From contig NW_024704743.1 of the NCBI RefSeq assembly GCF_018977255.1, forward strand, positions 27,034,001 through 27,098,000: 64,000 bases of DNA, written 5' to 3'. The notes under the pieces are model-generated. The model saw only the letters and a list, made by a program, of their open reading frames with translations, searched no databases and was not told the origin of the DNA. Position 1 is the first letter of the stretch; each line of letters starts with the position of its first letter. Made by a program: the position numbers and the translations under genes. Positions 24,544 through 37,402 of this stretch are shown one piece after another. Origin of the DNA: Callorhinchus milii. Its lineage: Eukaryota.

Positions 24544-27500
24544 TTTTATGGGCGACTGTATATTTTGTGCACAAAATCTATTTGATTTGAAAACATCAAC
24601 ATGTATCAGTATTTTTTGTGCGATTATTAACATGGAAAGAGAAGGATGATTTCACATCATAGTACTGAAATGTGGCACAAAAATTATACAAGTGTAATAG
24701 GTAACATCTGTTACATCTTATTTACAGTGACTCATTTAATGAAGATCCTTCTGGATGGAATCTGTTCAATAATACAAAGACACGTTTAGACATTGTTTAA
24801 TGAACTGCTGAAAATTTGTGAAAGTATGAGTCTATTTTAGACATAAGGCTTTTCAGACACATTTGCTTCAATAAACTCATATACTTGCTAATCAACCACC
24901 AAATACCCTGAGAACTTGGATGAAACAACCAACTCAGAGAATATAGAATTACTCCACTGGCCCTGCCTTAGGGCTTAAATTTGATTCCATTTCGGCTTGA
25001 AATACAAATACTGTTAGAGATTTTATATTAGCTACACATGCGTAAGTGGTTTGAATCGACCCCCTAATAATTTTGTTTGTATATGATGTTTGGAGCTGTG
25101 GTACCCTGTAGTTAGCACGTCATGTGTCAATTTATTTATCCCATTGTGGTAAGAAAAATGTGAATTAGCATGAACACTGCCACAACTGAAGCTGAATGTT
25201 AAAGTTTCTGATTTCTGCTCAGCAATAAATTGGCATCAACGTGATAACAAGTCATAAGTAGGATCCCACTTTGTTTCACAATGCCCTCATCCCCAATTAA
25301 GAAACATCTCTGGTTTATTGCTATTATATACACCATTTGCATATACGTCCTCACTGAGTCCTCACTGTGTTCATTAATGGTAAACCTGTAGAGTAATTGT
25401 TGTTTGCAGTTTGCTCCCATCTGCTATGTTCTGTTGAAGCTGCAGCATCAATATTAAAGAAGCTGTGGCCTACTTCTGGCTCATTTTGGTTGTAGCTAGT
25501 TGCTATTTTTGAGTTATTCCAGAACTTTAGTATTTGTTTTTTTGCAAATCACATTGGTTAGGTCAGTGCAGATCGAATTAGTCTCTGAAGGAAAATTATT
25601 TGGAAAACTTTCAGCTTTTTTGGAGCAGCTTCCTGAGATTTGAACGCTGCCCAGATCTGTCACTGCTGCAAGCTGTAAACACCTGCTGTGCTTTGCCGCT
25701 CGTAACAATAATCTAAAATCCCTTTGGAAAGACTGGAGCTTCTTAAATCACCTGCACAGCATTCTTTTCTGTTTTATATGTCGAACGTCCACTTGAAGGT
25801 TTTTTTCCTCTCTCTCCATAATGAACACAATCGTGAGTAAGTCCTGCATGCTGCCTCCCACTCTCTTCCCCTGATAACCATTCAGCTCTAACATCAGTTG
25901 CTTGATCACCCACCTGGATCATTCAGAAATGCTTGCTATTATGTGTTACTGTGTTACTGATGCTTTACCACTGGAAAAAAAGGCCTGGGGATTCAAATTG
26001 CCTCTTCTGTAAAGAACCTCCTGTATGTCATGCTATCTCACAAAACCTTGGTTTCAAGGAAGTAATGGATTGGAACCAAAATCCATGAAGTGGGAGTGAT
26101 GTACAGGGAATTCCTTACAGAAAACAAGGAATTGTCTTATTTGTGCAGCACATTTTCTGATGGTGACACACCAGTAATCCTATCACTTTCCTGAGCAGAA
26201 GGTTCAATGCAACTAGTTCCATTTTGTTCCCACATTAACGTTTCTCACTAATATTCACACTAATTTCACATGTTACACCAGGAAACAGTTTAATTGTAAC
26301 ATATATGAAATGAAGCATCTATAATTATTCACCAATAAGGTAAAAGAGATATTATCTTTTTAAATGTACAACTTGATGATGTTACTTACATTTGCATAAA
26401 CGCCAATTGCGTCTCCCTGATGATTCTGCTATAAGAGCTTCCTACAAGTCTAATAACCCAAACTGTTAATATTTCTGCTTTAATAAACAGCTATTAGAGA
26501 CAGAAAGGCAAGATCATAAAAATACTTTTATGACAAAAACCCTTCAGCACAATTGGTCGAATCTTGTTGTAATACCCACCCTAACATCTTCCCATTACAA
26601 CTGATGCCATTGAATATTTCACATAAAACAACAGCATTCAGATAGTGATGTAGATGTTTCTGGGTCGTTACTCTGTTATGTCTATGCTTTGGCGGTTGCT
26701 GTAGTGATCTCTCAAAGAAAGGTGAACCTTTAAATATCTGTCCTTGAATAGTGCATTGATAACCTCACAGCTTCTCCCCCCCACCCCCGTCCCCATATTC
26801 CCTCCTACTTGGGCTCCCAAAGCACTCTCTATAAAGCACGCTAAGATATTCTCTTACATGAAAGGTGATGTATAAGTGCAGGTTGTTGTTGTCTTTGTGT
26901 ACAAAACGTTGCTTGTCACTAAATTTTCAACTGAATATATTTATGCTAACATTCCAGGCTTGGCATTGTTCAATTATTGTACATTTATTTGTTGTTACAC
27001 CAATACTAATTTGTTAAAAGTTCCCATTTTAATTTTTTTGCACCAGCATTTATATATTGAGTTTTAATCGCATGAAGGTTTCAGCACTGAATTTCACATG
27101 TTATTCTCTGCCAACATTTTAGATTACGTCTGAATCCCATTAACTGCTAAAATACTGGGATGAAAAACTACTCCACATATTGATTTGGTGTCAGGCAAAG
27201 CAAAATATTAGAGGCACAAAAAAATAGATAGCTTACATAGAATCATTCGCACTGCCGCTTCCCATTCTATATGGTATTTTGCAACAACTGATGCCATTGA
27301 ATATTTTCCCATGTTTCCCATGTAAGACTTCAATACAGAAATACCTGTCGAAGTCTTAACATTCTGAGACAAACAATCTTTTTTTGAAATTTTTTAAATC
27401 ATGAGGAAGCTTGGAGCAGAGTCTTAAGTTCAGTCTGTTTTAGAGTTGATTTCTGTAACTGTTTGAAGTTACCAAACAAAAAAAATATAGAATTTTGGCT

Positions 27501-27563
27501 TCCAAAATTACGGCCAAATCTAAGATCATTTCTCAATGTTCCACACAATCTTCTATTTTAATG

Positions 27564-27752
27564 AAAACAAAAACAGAAGTTGCTGGAAACACTCAGCTGG
27601 TCAAGCAGCATCTATGGAGAAAGGAAAGTGAGTCAAGGTTTTGAGTCCACGACCCTTTGTCGGAACAGTTCTGCTGCCTGACCCGCTGAATGTTCCCAGC
27701 GACTTCTGTTTTTGTTTTCAGATTTTCAGCATCTGCAGTATTTTGCGTTTTG
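27564..27752. mobile_element. Short Penelope-type insertion with inverted arm and 14-bp TSD
   Basis: CTTCTATTTTAATG occurs at 27550-27563 and 27753-27766. Inverted arms are at 27564-27610 and 27672-27718. A decayed hammerhead motif lies on the minus strand at 27631-27667. Confidence 0.8.
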
Positions 27753-29702
27753 CTTCTATTTTAATGCTTCCTTTCAAAATATATCTCTTTGACCGCGCTT
27801 TCGGTCTTCTTTCCCCTCCCCATCCCCTCCCACCCCCAGCCAAGTGGTCATTTAGCAATGTAAAATGTTTCAAGACATTCACACCATGTGAAAGGTGCTA
27901 TATAACTGCAATTTGTAGTGTATTATAATAAGCTTACAGCTTACAGGAGGTGTAAGAATTTTAGACATGGATATGATTTTGTCCTAGTGGGTTTCAACCA
28001 TTTAGCCAGGGTCAAAGCATTTCATGTATTATCACATCCGTGTACGGATCATTCCTCAGATCATTCACAAATATTTTTTTTATGAGAGTAAAAACCCTAA
28101 TGCAAACGTAATGGTAACATTAAAGAAATAATTGGTCTCGGAAGTTGTCGAAATGACTAGTATTAACTTGTCTCTAAATCCTGCTTAAAAATTGTTTCAT
28201 GCTTCTGTAAATCCACCAGCTTCACAAATGACTTGAAATGAAAATGGAGATGAGAGTGGCAGCAAACATTCAGATCCGGATATTTTGTGCATGAAGAGTT
28301 AAAGATTTACTGCAGGAGTACATTGTCAGTCGTACATCAAGCTAGATACCGTTTATACTGCTCCTTTTTTGCTTCTGCTAGTTCTCAATCCATTGGTTGT
28401 GTTTAATATGTCAATCAAAATCATGATTAATCCACAGTGTGTCACCACTGAACGCACACAGTGTCATCATGAGGGGTGGACTGGCAGAGCGCCTGAAAAG
28501 AAATGGATCAACTTCAAATACTGTGAAATCTTCAGTTTGCTGTTCATAGTGATATTTATTTTCTCATTTAACCATCGTTTTAAGGGATGATGCAGGTGGC
28601 TTCCTGCAATAAAATTTACGAGCCGATTAACAAATGGTGCTCGAAATTAAACTTGGATTTGTCTGTCTGAGGGTCAAATCAGGGATTGGCAGATTTTATT
28701 ATTTTTCGAGTCTTTTGTTCATGAAATCTGTTAAAATCTTTCACTTTGGGTTTAAGTATTCAAGGCTGACAGGTTATCAGCTGCAACCTTGCCCAAGGTT
28801 ACATATATAATACTAATTAAAAAAAACACTTGCTAACATGCAGAACAGTGCAATATGATATGCGATATCAAGTGGTCAGGCAATTAGCTATTGATGCTGG
28901 TCAGTGGTCAAGCATGTATACAGGAGCTGCACTGAATGGAGGACGTTTGAAGAATGAACATTGGAACATGGAAGTCATTGCGACACAGACAACTCTTAAC
29001 AGACTTAATATAGTGTTTTTTCCAAATTAGCAATTTTCCACAATTGTTCATAATCCAAACTACTCACACTCCATTCCTCAACTGCTTCCTTCGTTTAGCT
29101 GGCTCAGGCTTTCTGTTCATCCTCAACCCTATCTACCCCCATCGTTGCCTGTGCTTTCTGCCTCTATGCCCCGAGCATCTGGAATTCTCGGCCTCAATCC
29201 CTCCACGTTGTCTGTTTCCCTGTCTTCAGATCAGACCTGAATACTTTCCCCTTCGACCATGCTTATGATCCCTTCCCTTTTTTCTCTGGTTTCGTGTCAA
29301 CCTATGCTATTGTTCAGCACTCTGAGAAGCTACGCCGTGTGAAGGGTGCTTTATAAATAACAACAGGTTGTAGTTTGTTAAATTTTATGACAAAATGTTT
29401 TTTTTAGAAGTTAAAACTAAAACTTATGTAATGTCAAGCCTCTCCTGATGTCCATTGTAAGTGAGAAAGGGGTAACTAGAGATTATTCAAAAAGCTAATA
29501 TTCTGTAATACATGTGTGATGAGTCTTTATTTGCTGGGAAATGTGGTAGCTAAGCCAGATGAATTTGGTTTAAGACACAAATGGAAGTTTGTAACTTCTT
29601 TATACAGAATAATCCTAAAATTCCTTGCACACTCTGGAGTCCCCAAGCCTTGAATCTTGCCAAATTGCCCACTCAATACCATGTGATAGACACCCGGCTG
29701 AC

Positions 29703-29833
29703 AATAATAATAATAATAATATTAATAATAATAATCCTTGCATTTGATATGGCGCTTTTCACGTCGGGAGAACATCCCAAAGCGCTTCACAGAACACACT
29801 GTAAAGTGAATTGACTGTATATTTGTGGGTGAA
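29703..29833 (-). mobile_element. SINE 3' tail
   Basis: (ATA)n followed by ccttgcatttgatatggcgcttttcacgtcgggag. Confidence 0.85.
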
Positions 29834-30859
29834 CAATACCAAGTGAATGAAAACTAAGTATATGTGGAATCCTCAGTCGTTTGATTTGGGGTACACTTAA
29901 GCAGGGTAGTGGGTTTCCACGTGTGTCAGATAACTGGCTGACAAAGAAAGGTTATTTTATAATAAAAATGTCAATAATTATGGCTTAAACGTTTGAATAT
30001 TCTTACCTGATATGCCTACGTACAACAACATATAAAAGCAAAACATCTTTTAACAGTATATTTTTTGTAGAACTTCAGAATGAAAAATATCATTTGTCAG
30101 TCATTTATGAAGGTGAATACCACTGATACTATTGTGCTTTTCCTTCTGCCAAATCTCAATGCCATTAGGCTGTTTTCAATATGTCAACCAAAATCATTCT
30201 TTGCTTTTTCACACCTGACCTTTAGTTTTCCTTGTTTCTTTTTGTCCCTGGAGGGGTTCCAAAGTAAGGCATTCCATACAGTCTTCCCTTCCTGCATCCT
30301 ACCGATGCACTTCCCATCACAGTCATCTCCTTCTAATTACCTTGAGCAGAGGCATTTGGCTTGATTTGATTCGAACCTCCCATCTGACATCCTGTCCCTT
30401 TCGGTAATACACATCATTCCTCATAGACATTTCATCTCAAAATCTTGGCTCCTTTACTCCAGACCTTTTGTCAGTTTGTCAATTGAGTTGACAAAAAGAG
30501 GTTAGTGACTGTCCAGTGCATACTGATGCGGGAATGTCACTGGTTATAATGAATGTTCCAATCTGGTTTATGCTGGAATAAGGGTCTGATGGTTGATTAA
30601 CACTGCCAAGTGTTAAAAAAAAACAGCCTGCTGAACATTCATTCAATTTCTAACACAACTAACACAGCTGCGGCAGTCAAGCTCATTCTGGGAATATAAC
30701 CCATACTGTGCATTAATGCTCACTCCCTTCATCAGTCACTCAAATTCTGACTCCTTCATGATCAATCTATCTGCCATATGTTTTTAATACTTATATTTGC
30801 AAGTTGGGGTTTGCTCACAAGTGTGTGCAAGGTCAGCTGCAATAATTCTCTTTGCTTTC

Positions 30860-33437
30860 CTCTGCCTCTGCTCCGACCGCCTCATCATCCTAGGTGATTT
30901 CAACCTCCACTTCACCCCCTCCTGCTCCACCTCCTCAGACTTCTGCTCTCTCCTCTCTTCCTCTCCCTCCACATCCACTCTGCTACCGACACCCATGGTC
31001 ACCCGCTCAACCTGGTGATCACTTGGGCTCTCCGCTTCACGGATGTCACCATCACTGACCATGACCACCATTTCATCTCCCTCAACTCCCATATCCCTCT
31101 CCCCACTGTCCCCAAACCTACCACCGTCTTCTACCGGCCATGGAAGAAAATCTCTCCACAATCCCTCTCCACTGCCCTGGAGTCCTCTGATCTCCTCCCA
31201 CTCTGGCCCACCTCTTGCAACAACCCACTCACTGCACTAACTCTTCTCCACAGCACCCTCTCCACCACACTCAATGTCCTTGCCCCCCTCACCTCCCGAA
31301 CTGCCTCCTATTTCCGATCCTCACCCTGGTTCACCAGCCACCTCCGCTTGCTTAAGGGCAGGTGTGGGCTGCCAAATGCACTTGGCTCAAATCAGGCCTA
31401 ACGATTCACTGCTACATCTGGCTGGACCTCATCAAGAACTACCGCTCCGCTCTCGCCTCAGCCAAATCACCCTTCTATTCCAGGTTAATCCTGGAGGCAA
31501 AAGGTAATCCCAGGCTCCTGTTCTCCACCACTAACCGGCTCCTCCGCCCTCCCCGATATGCTTCGCAGATACTTTCCTCTGACTCTCACTGCGAGAAAAT
31601 GCTGGACTTCCTTGAATCCAAAATCGAGGGAATCCGCTCAACCTACCACTGTCCTCCCAAATTCCACCCCCTCCCTACCCCCACCCCACACAATTACCCA
31701 TCCAATAATTATTCATCCCTCCTTCCACACCTTTGAACCAGTCACCCCCTCCTCTCTCTTCAACACGGTAACCTCCATGAAGTCCACCACCTGCTCCCGC
31801 GACCCTATCCCTACCCCTCTCCTTAAATCTCAGATCCACCTCCTTGCACCACTACTCGCAGACATCATTAACCTCTCCCTGTCATCTGGCACTGTTTCTT
31901 CCCCCCTCAAAACAGCCACCATCAACCCCACCCTGAAGAAACCTTCCCTTGACCCGTCACAGCTATCTAGCTACCGGCCCATCTCAAACCTCCCTTTCCT
32001 ATCCAAGGTCCTTGAGAGAGCCATTGCCTCCCAACTTCGCTCTTTCCTCTCCTCTCACTCACTCCATGAACCCTTTCAATCGGGTTTCTGTGCTGCCCAC
32101 AGCACGGAAACTGCTCTGGTCAAGGTCACAAATGACATCCTGACTATGTGTGACCAGGGCTCCCTCTGCCTCCTCGTCCTCCTCGACCTCTCCACCGCCT
32201 TTGAAACCTTGGACCACTCAATCCTCCTCCACCACTCTCCTCCCACCTCAACCTTCAAGGCTCTGCCCTTGACAGTTCAGGTCCTGCCTTTCACACGACC
32301 TCCACTTTGTTGCGGCAAACGACTTCTCCTCGAGCCCCCGCACTATCTCGTGCGGTGTTCCTCAGGGCTCTGTCCTCGGTCCCCTCCTCTTCACCCTCTA
32401 CATGCTCCCCCTTGATGACATCATCCGCAGACATGGGATAAATTTCCACATTTATGCGGATGACACCCAACTCTACCTCTTTGCCTCCACCCTGAACTCC
32501 AGGACTACTGATGTCCTGACCGACTGCCTGTCCGACATCAAGTCCTGGACGAGGGCCAACTTTCTCCAACTCAACGTCAGCAAGACCGAGGCCCTCCTGA
32601 TTGGCTCACGTCAATACCTCCGCACCTCAAGCGCTGGCAGCATCAGCCTCCACGGCTGCACACTCAACCTCACTAAGCCAGTCAGGAACCTGGGTATCTT
32701 GTTTGAACCTGAACTGTCCTTTCTCCCCCACGTCCGCGCCATGACTGGCACTGCCTACCACCACCTCCACAATATTGCCAGACTCCGCCACTGCCTCACC
32801 CCTCAGGCTGCCAAAACCCTTCAGCCATGCATTCATCCCTTCAAAGCTTGATTATGGGAACTCCCTCCTCATCGGCCTTCCCAACTCTTTGCTTCACAAG
32901 CTGCAGATCATCCAAAACTCTGCAGCTCGTGCACTCTCACGCACCAGGCTCCGTGACCCCATCACTCCTACCCTCGCCCAACTCCACTGGCTCCCCATCC
33001 CCCAGAGGATCGAGTTCAAGATCCTCGTCCTCACCTTTAAGGCCATCCATGGCCTTGCACCCTCCTACCTCTCTGACCTGCTGACTCCCTACAAGCCTGC
33101 CCACTCCCTCCGTTCATCGGGCTCCAGCCTGCTCTATGTCTCCCGCCTGACCCGCCCTACCATCAGTGGCCGGGCTTTCAGTCTCTCTGGCCCCACACTC
33201 TGGAACTCCATCCCACAGTCCATTCACCTCGCTTCCTCCCTTGCCTCCTTCAAGGTCGGTCTCAAGACCTTTCTCTTCGACCGTACCTTTGGTCTCCCTC
33301 CCACCTCTCTGCCTTCCCTCACCCCTACACCACACTCCCTCCTCCATGCTCGGGCCCCGACACCTGACTGTTCAGCGCTTTGGGACGTCCTCCCAACATG
33401 AAAGGTGCTCTATAAATGTAATTTTGTTGTTGTTATT
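30860..33437 (+). mobile_element. Longest L2 LINE copy: end of APE endonuclease, RT and 3' UTR, frameshifted
   Basis: APE remnants LIILGDFNLH and DHHFI; RT motifs YRPISNLPFLSKVLE, QSGF..HSTETALVKV, LLDLS and [11 protein letters not shown]-terminal LHWLPIPQRIEFKIL; (TTG)n tail. Confidence 0.95.
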
Positions 33438-34357
33438 GCATTTGACAGAGCTGAGGAGAGAAAGTTGTTGGGTAGGTATCATACAGTGGTGGGCTATCAT
33501 TATTTGATTGGATTGTATGTGGTGTTATCTGGAACTATGTTGAAAGCTGTGCAACATTGCAGGAGAGATTTTTTTTTGGTGGTGGGGGGAACACAGACAT
33601 TGCCAGCCGCTTATTTATTATTGTCTCTGGTCTACAACTCCACGTAACTCTGAATAAAATAACTTTTATTTAAAGATTAGAGAGTTTATAAGGCTACACT
33701 CTAACATTTCCAGAAGGGTTCAAAACAACAGTGTTGTGAGAGGACGGGGAAACGTAATCTTTCCCAGTGGTGTTGTTCCATTTGTATTCTGGAGTACTTT
33801 CATTATTCCACACGTTATTTCAGATAGGGTTCAGCTACATTTGTTTCAAAATGAACATTTATTCTGGACACCATTTAGAAACAACCTGATGGTAAAAAAA
33901 TGGCATTCTTCTGTAGATTGTATGGACTAGTTCCAATCATTCCGCAGCACTGATTTACCCAAATACTCCAAATGACGGCACTGTTGCCCCAGGCAGGATG
34001 AGTTTGGTGAATGCACTGCTGCTTCCATTCTGTGTGCTCTTCCCTTTTGTTCTTTTGTTTCGGTTGAGGAATACCAGCAATGGCAAACTGAACATTTTCT
34101 ACACATAATATCACCCAGAGTCAGCATCAAAGACCCACGGGTTGAATTGTCTTGGGATGCTCCATTTCCCAACTGATAGAAATTCAACCTGAGCCGATAG
34201 TTATTCTATTAACATCCACAATTTATCAGATTTGTAAACACAGTCTTAATGTTGTAAAGGACATTTTGTAATCACTTTTCTTGAGCTGGAAGTAAAAAAT
34301 GAATATCAGGAAAATATTTATTTGTGTTTGGTCATTTTGCTGCCAATATTTTATAAT

Positions 34358-34560
34358 ATAATAATCCTTGCATTTGATATAGTGCCTTATCACGTCTTCA
34401 AGATGTCTCAAAGCGCTTCACAGAACATACTGTAAAGTGAATCAACTGTTTTGTGGATGAAACGCAGCAGCCAATTGCGCACAGCAGTGTCTCAGAAACA
34501 ATTCTGGATTGAGTGACCATATTATTATTTATTTTTTATTATTCTTTTGAATGGATTATT
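34358..34560 (-). mobile_element. SINE 3' portion
   Basis: Reverse complement of the SINE 3' half. Confidence 0.8.
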
Positions 34561-34934
34561 ACCCCTGGAAAAGTGATCGGGGGCTATTTTGAGAACTATT
34601 TTGTGGTATTTTTCAGTCAAGTGTCAGCCTGGCTCAGTTGGTAGCGCTCGTCCTTGAGTCAGAAAATGTGGATTCACTTCATGGCTGTTTGAGGGTTGCT
34701 GCTGTATGACAAACTGGCTGCTGTGTTTGCCCACAAAATTGGTAATTCCACTTGACAGTAAAATCCTGTGAAGTGCTTTGCGATGTCCAGCTCACGTGGA
34801 TGCCACTATACCAATCCAAACCATAATAAGGTTTATTATTAATATGATTCTGATTTTCCTTTGCAGACCAGCTTTTAAGCAGTTCATATGTTACATAGAA
34901 ATGCTACATAAACTTGAGTTTATATCATCCCAGT

Positions 34935-35345
34935 CTTTGCCATGCTCCAATGGCTCTCTCTAGCAGAATGGATCAATTTCAAGATCCTCACAATCACACA
35001 TAAATTACTTCCTGCCCTGTCAACCCCCTACCTCTCCAACCTGCTTATTTCTCATCAATTCCTATACTCGTCATCTCCACCCAGCTGGCTTCGGTCTCCT
35101 GGAAGTTCCTTATCGTCTCCGCTCCACCATCATTGGCCGTGATCTGGATGCTGTCTGTTTCAATCCCTCTGGCTTGACCCATCCTTATACGTCTTCAGAT
35201 CGTATCCAAAGACTTTCCTGTTTGACTGTGCCTACGGTCACCTTCCTCCTCTTCCCGGCTCGGAGTCAAGCTCTGCCATTGGTTAGGTCTCTGAGGTGCT
35301 AACCCATGTGAAGGGTGCTATATAATTGCAACTTGCTGTTGTTAT
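34935..35345 (+). mobile_element. Decayed L2 3' end
   Basis: LQWLSLAEWINFKIL, with tail gtgaagggtgctatataattgcaacttg. Confidence 0.75.
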
Positions 35346-36375
35346 TCTGTCTAGAATAGTGCAACAGCGCACATGTCTCAACCAAGTACTGGTGCAATTG
35401 CAGGTTTCTTCTTGTAATATATATTTACCCAGTAGTTGCAGTGCTTAGGATAAAGCCTGATTCTGCATTTGCTGTTAGTACCTCGTAAATTACTGGCATT
35501 TGGCTCGAAATTGCAGCGATTGTAACAGGATGAATGATGATTCCGATCCTCAAAGGGACTACTTCCAGTTACGGAATGTAGGTCATACCAGCCAAGTGAG
35601 AACTGGTGCTTCAAATATGATATCTTCTTCTTGATCAGAGTTCCTGTGAATCCATATGATGTACTTTTGGTTACCAGGATTCTCTATTTGCACAACTTGG
35701 ATTATTTATTAAATAATCCCTTTAAAAAACAATGCAAATTCTACCCTTTCCCCAGCCTGTTTTTCATTAGTGTGACAGCTCCATTTCTCACAGCAACAGA
35801 TGTCCTCATTACCCATTTTGAGTGAGATAGTGTGTGCAGAACTCGTTTGTGGTACCAAACATGTCAATGGACTTACCTTTCAAAAGGCTACAGGTTTGTT
35901 GGAACTTTGTAAGCATATGCTTTCAAAGAGCCAATAATGATGTTAACTCTGTAAACTCTCTCAAGCTCCTGCATTGCACCCTTCTCTGCCAGCTCCTCCA
36001 ACCCGGCCTCTCCCTTCATTCAGCAAACGCTGGCCAGCTTCATCACCCCTGGTCTATCCACCCCATTGTCAGTGGATAGGCTTTCAACTATTAGGTTCCC
36101 ACTCTCTGGAACTCCATCCTGGACTCATCCGACTTGCCCTTTCCTCCCCTTTTTCAAGGCACGTCTCAAAACATACATCTTTGACCGTGCTTTTGGTCAT
36201 CTTTACCCTCTCTTCCTCCAGCTCGGGTGCCTATCCAGCACCATACAGTGCTTGAAACATTTTTCCAACATGAAAGGTGCTCTACAAAATATATAAACCT
36301 AAAATATATTGTATTGACATGATTCAATTTAAATGGAAGTGTGATATTCAGGGCTCAGTTGGGAGGGGATGTCTT

Positions 36376-36682
36376 TCAGCGCTTTGGGATGTCCTCCCGA
36401 CACGAAAGGCGCTCTATAAATGTAATTTTGTTGTTGTTGTTGAGGATTGTTCTGTAAGAACCAAAACAACTTGCATGTATATAGCACCCTTCATGGTAGA
36501 CAGTGTCTCGGAGCGATTAACAGTGACGGAGCCCGATGCGAGCCAGGGGGGAGGGGGAAGGTGATCGTGGGCACGGTTGAAGAGAAAGGTTTTCAAGCAC
36601 GACCTAAAAATGGGGAAAGAGGGGGCAAGGCAAAGGGATTGAGGGAGAGAGTTCCACAGCTTCAGGGCGTAGTGGCTGAAAG
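36376..36682. mobile_element. Convergent L2 tails: ultra-short + copy (36376-36442) and older - copy (about 36460-36682)
   Basis: Both terminal stem-loop/tail sequences are visible and face each other. Confidence 0.8.
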
Positions 36683-36920
36683 CATGGATGCTTCTCTGGA
36701 TGTCATATTTTTCAAAAAATGAAATGCTTTAATGTATAACTGCCCATTTAGATGGGGAGCAATTCCACCCTTAACCTTTCCAGCAACACTCTGATGCTTT
36801 CTTAATCTGTTCACACAAACCTTGGTTTTATTCCCTGGAGTCGTGACTTTATACCAGTCAGTCACAAGGCAATGGTGTGAATGTCATAGGAGCAATTGTA
36901 CTTGCAAGGCTTTCACTTGA

Positions 36921-36968
36921 TCTCTCTCTCTCCCTTTCTCTCTCTCTCTCTCTCTCTCGCTCTCTCTC
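36921..36968. repeat. (CT)n microsatellite
   Basis: Imperfect tctctc run. Confidence 0.9.
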
Positions 36969-37267
36969 CCACACGCACATTACATGCAGAATGGCTTGAC
37001 AAACTGACCATAATAACCTGAACAAAAATTGTGCCAGAACAGCTATTAAAATATTCTCCAAATTGAAGTAAACAATGAGCCATAACAGATTACTTGTTAC
37101 AGTGTCATAGTGACAGCGGCATCAGAGTAGCACGCCATCCACACTATCTGATAAACTCACCTGGGGTTTACTACAGATCAGAGAATTTTTTTAAAAACAA
37201 GATGCCTTTTTATAAAATTGGTAGAAATGTTCGAAAGACATCAACAAGTTAACAGTGTTAATTAATT

Positions 37268-37402
37268 AAAATACAAAATACTGCAGATGCTGGAACACAG
37301 TTCTGACGAAGGGTCGTGGACCCGAAATGTTGACTCACTTTCCTTTCTCCATAGATGCTGCCTGACCTGCTGAGTTTCCCCAGTGACTTCTGCTTTTGTT
37401 TT
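37268..37402. mobile_element. 135-bp Penelope-type insertion with inversion and 11-15 bp TSD
   Basis: cagtgttaattaatt at 37253-37267 and cagcgttaattaatt at 37403-37417. Same architecture as 27564-27752, in the opposite orientation. Confidence 0.8.
37299..37335 (+). ncRNA. Minimal type I hammerhead ribozyme motif (Penelope-associated)
   Basis: AGTT-CTGACGA-A-GGGTC-GTG-GACCC-GAAA-TGTT-GACT. Both core boxes are present, with a 5-bp stem II and stem I AGTT/GACT. The stem III palindrome AACGTT has decayed to AATGTT. Confidence 0.75.

Noticed and set aside
31558..33401. Long ORFs as a functional gene or active LINE
   Set aside because: ORF2 is split by several frameshifts and truncated within the endonuclease domain.
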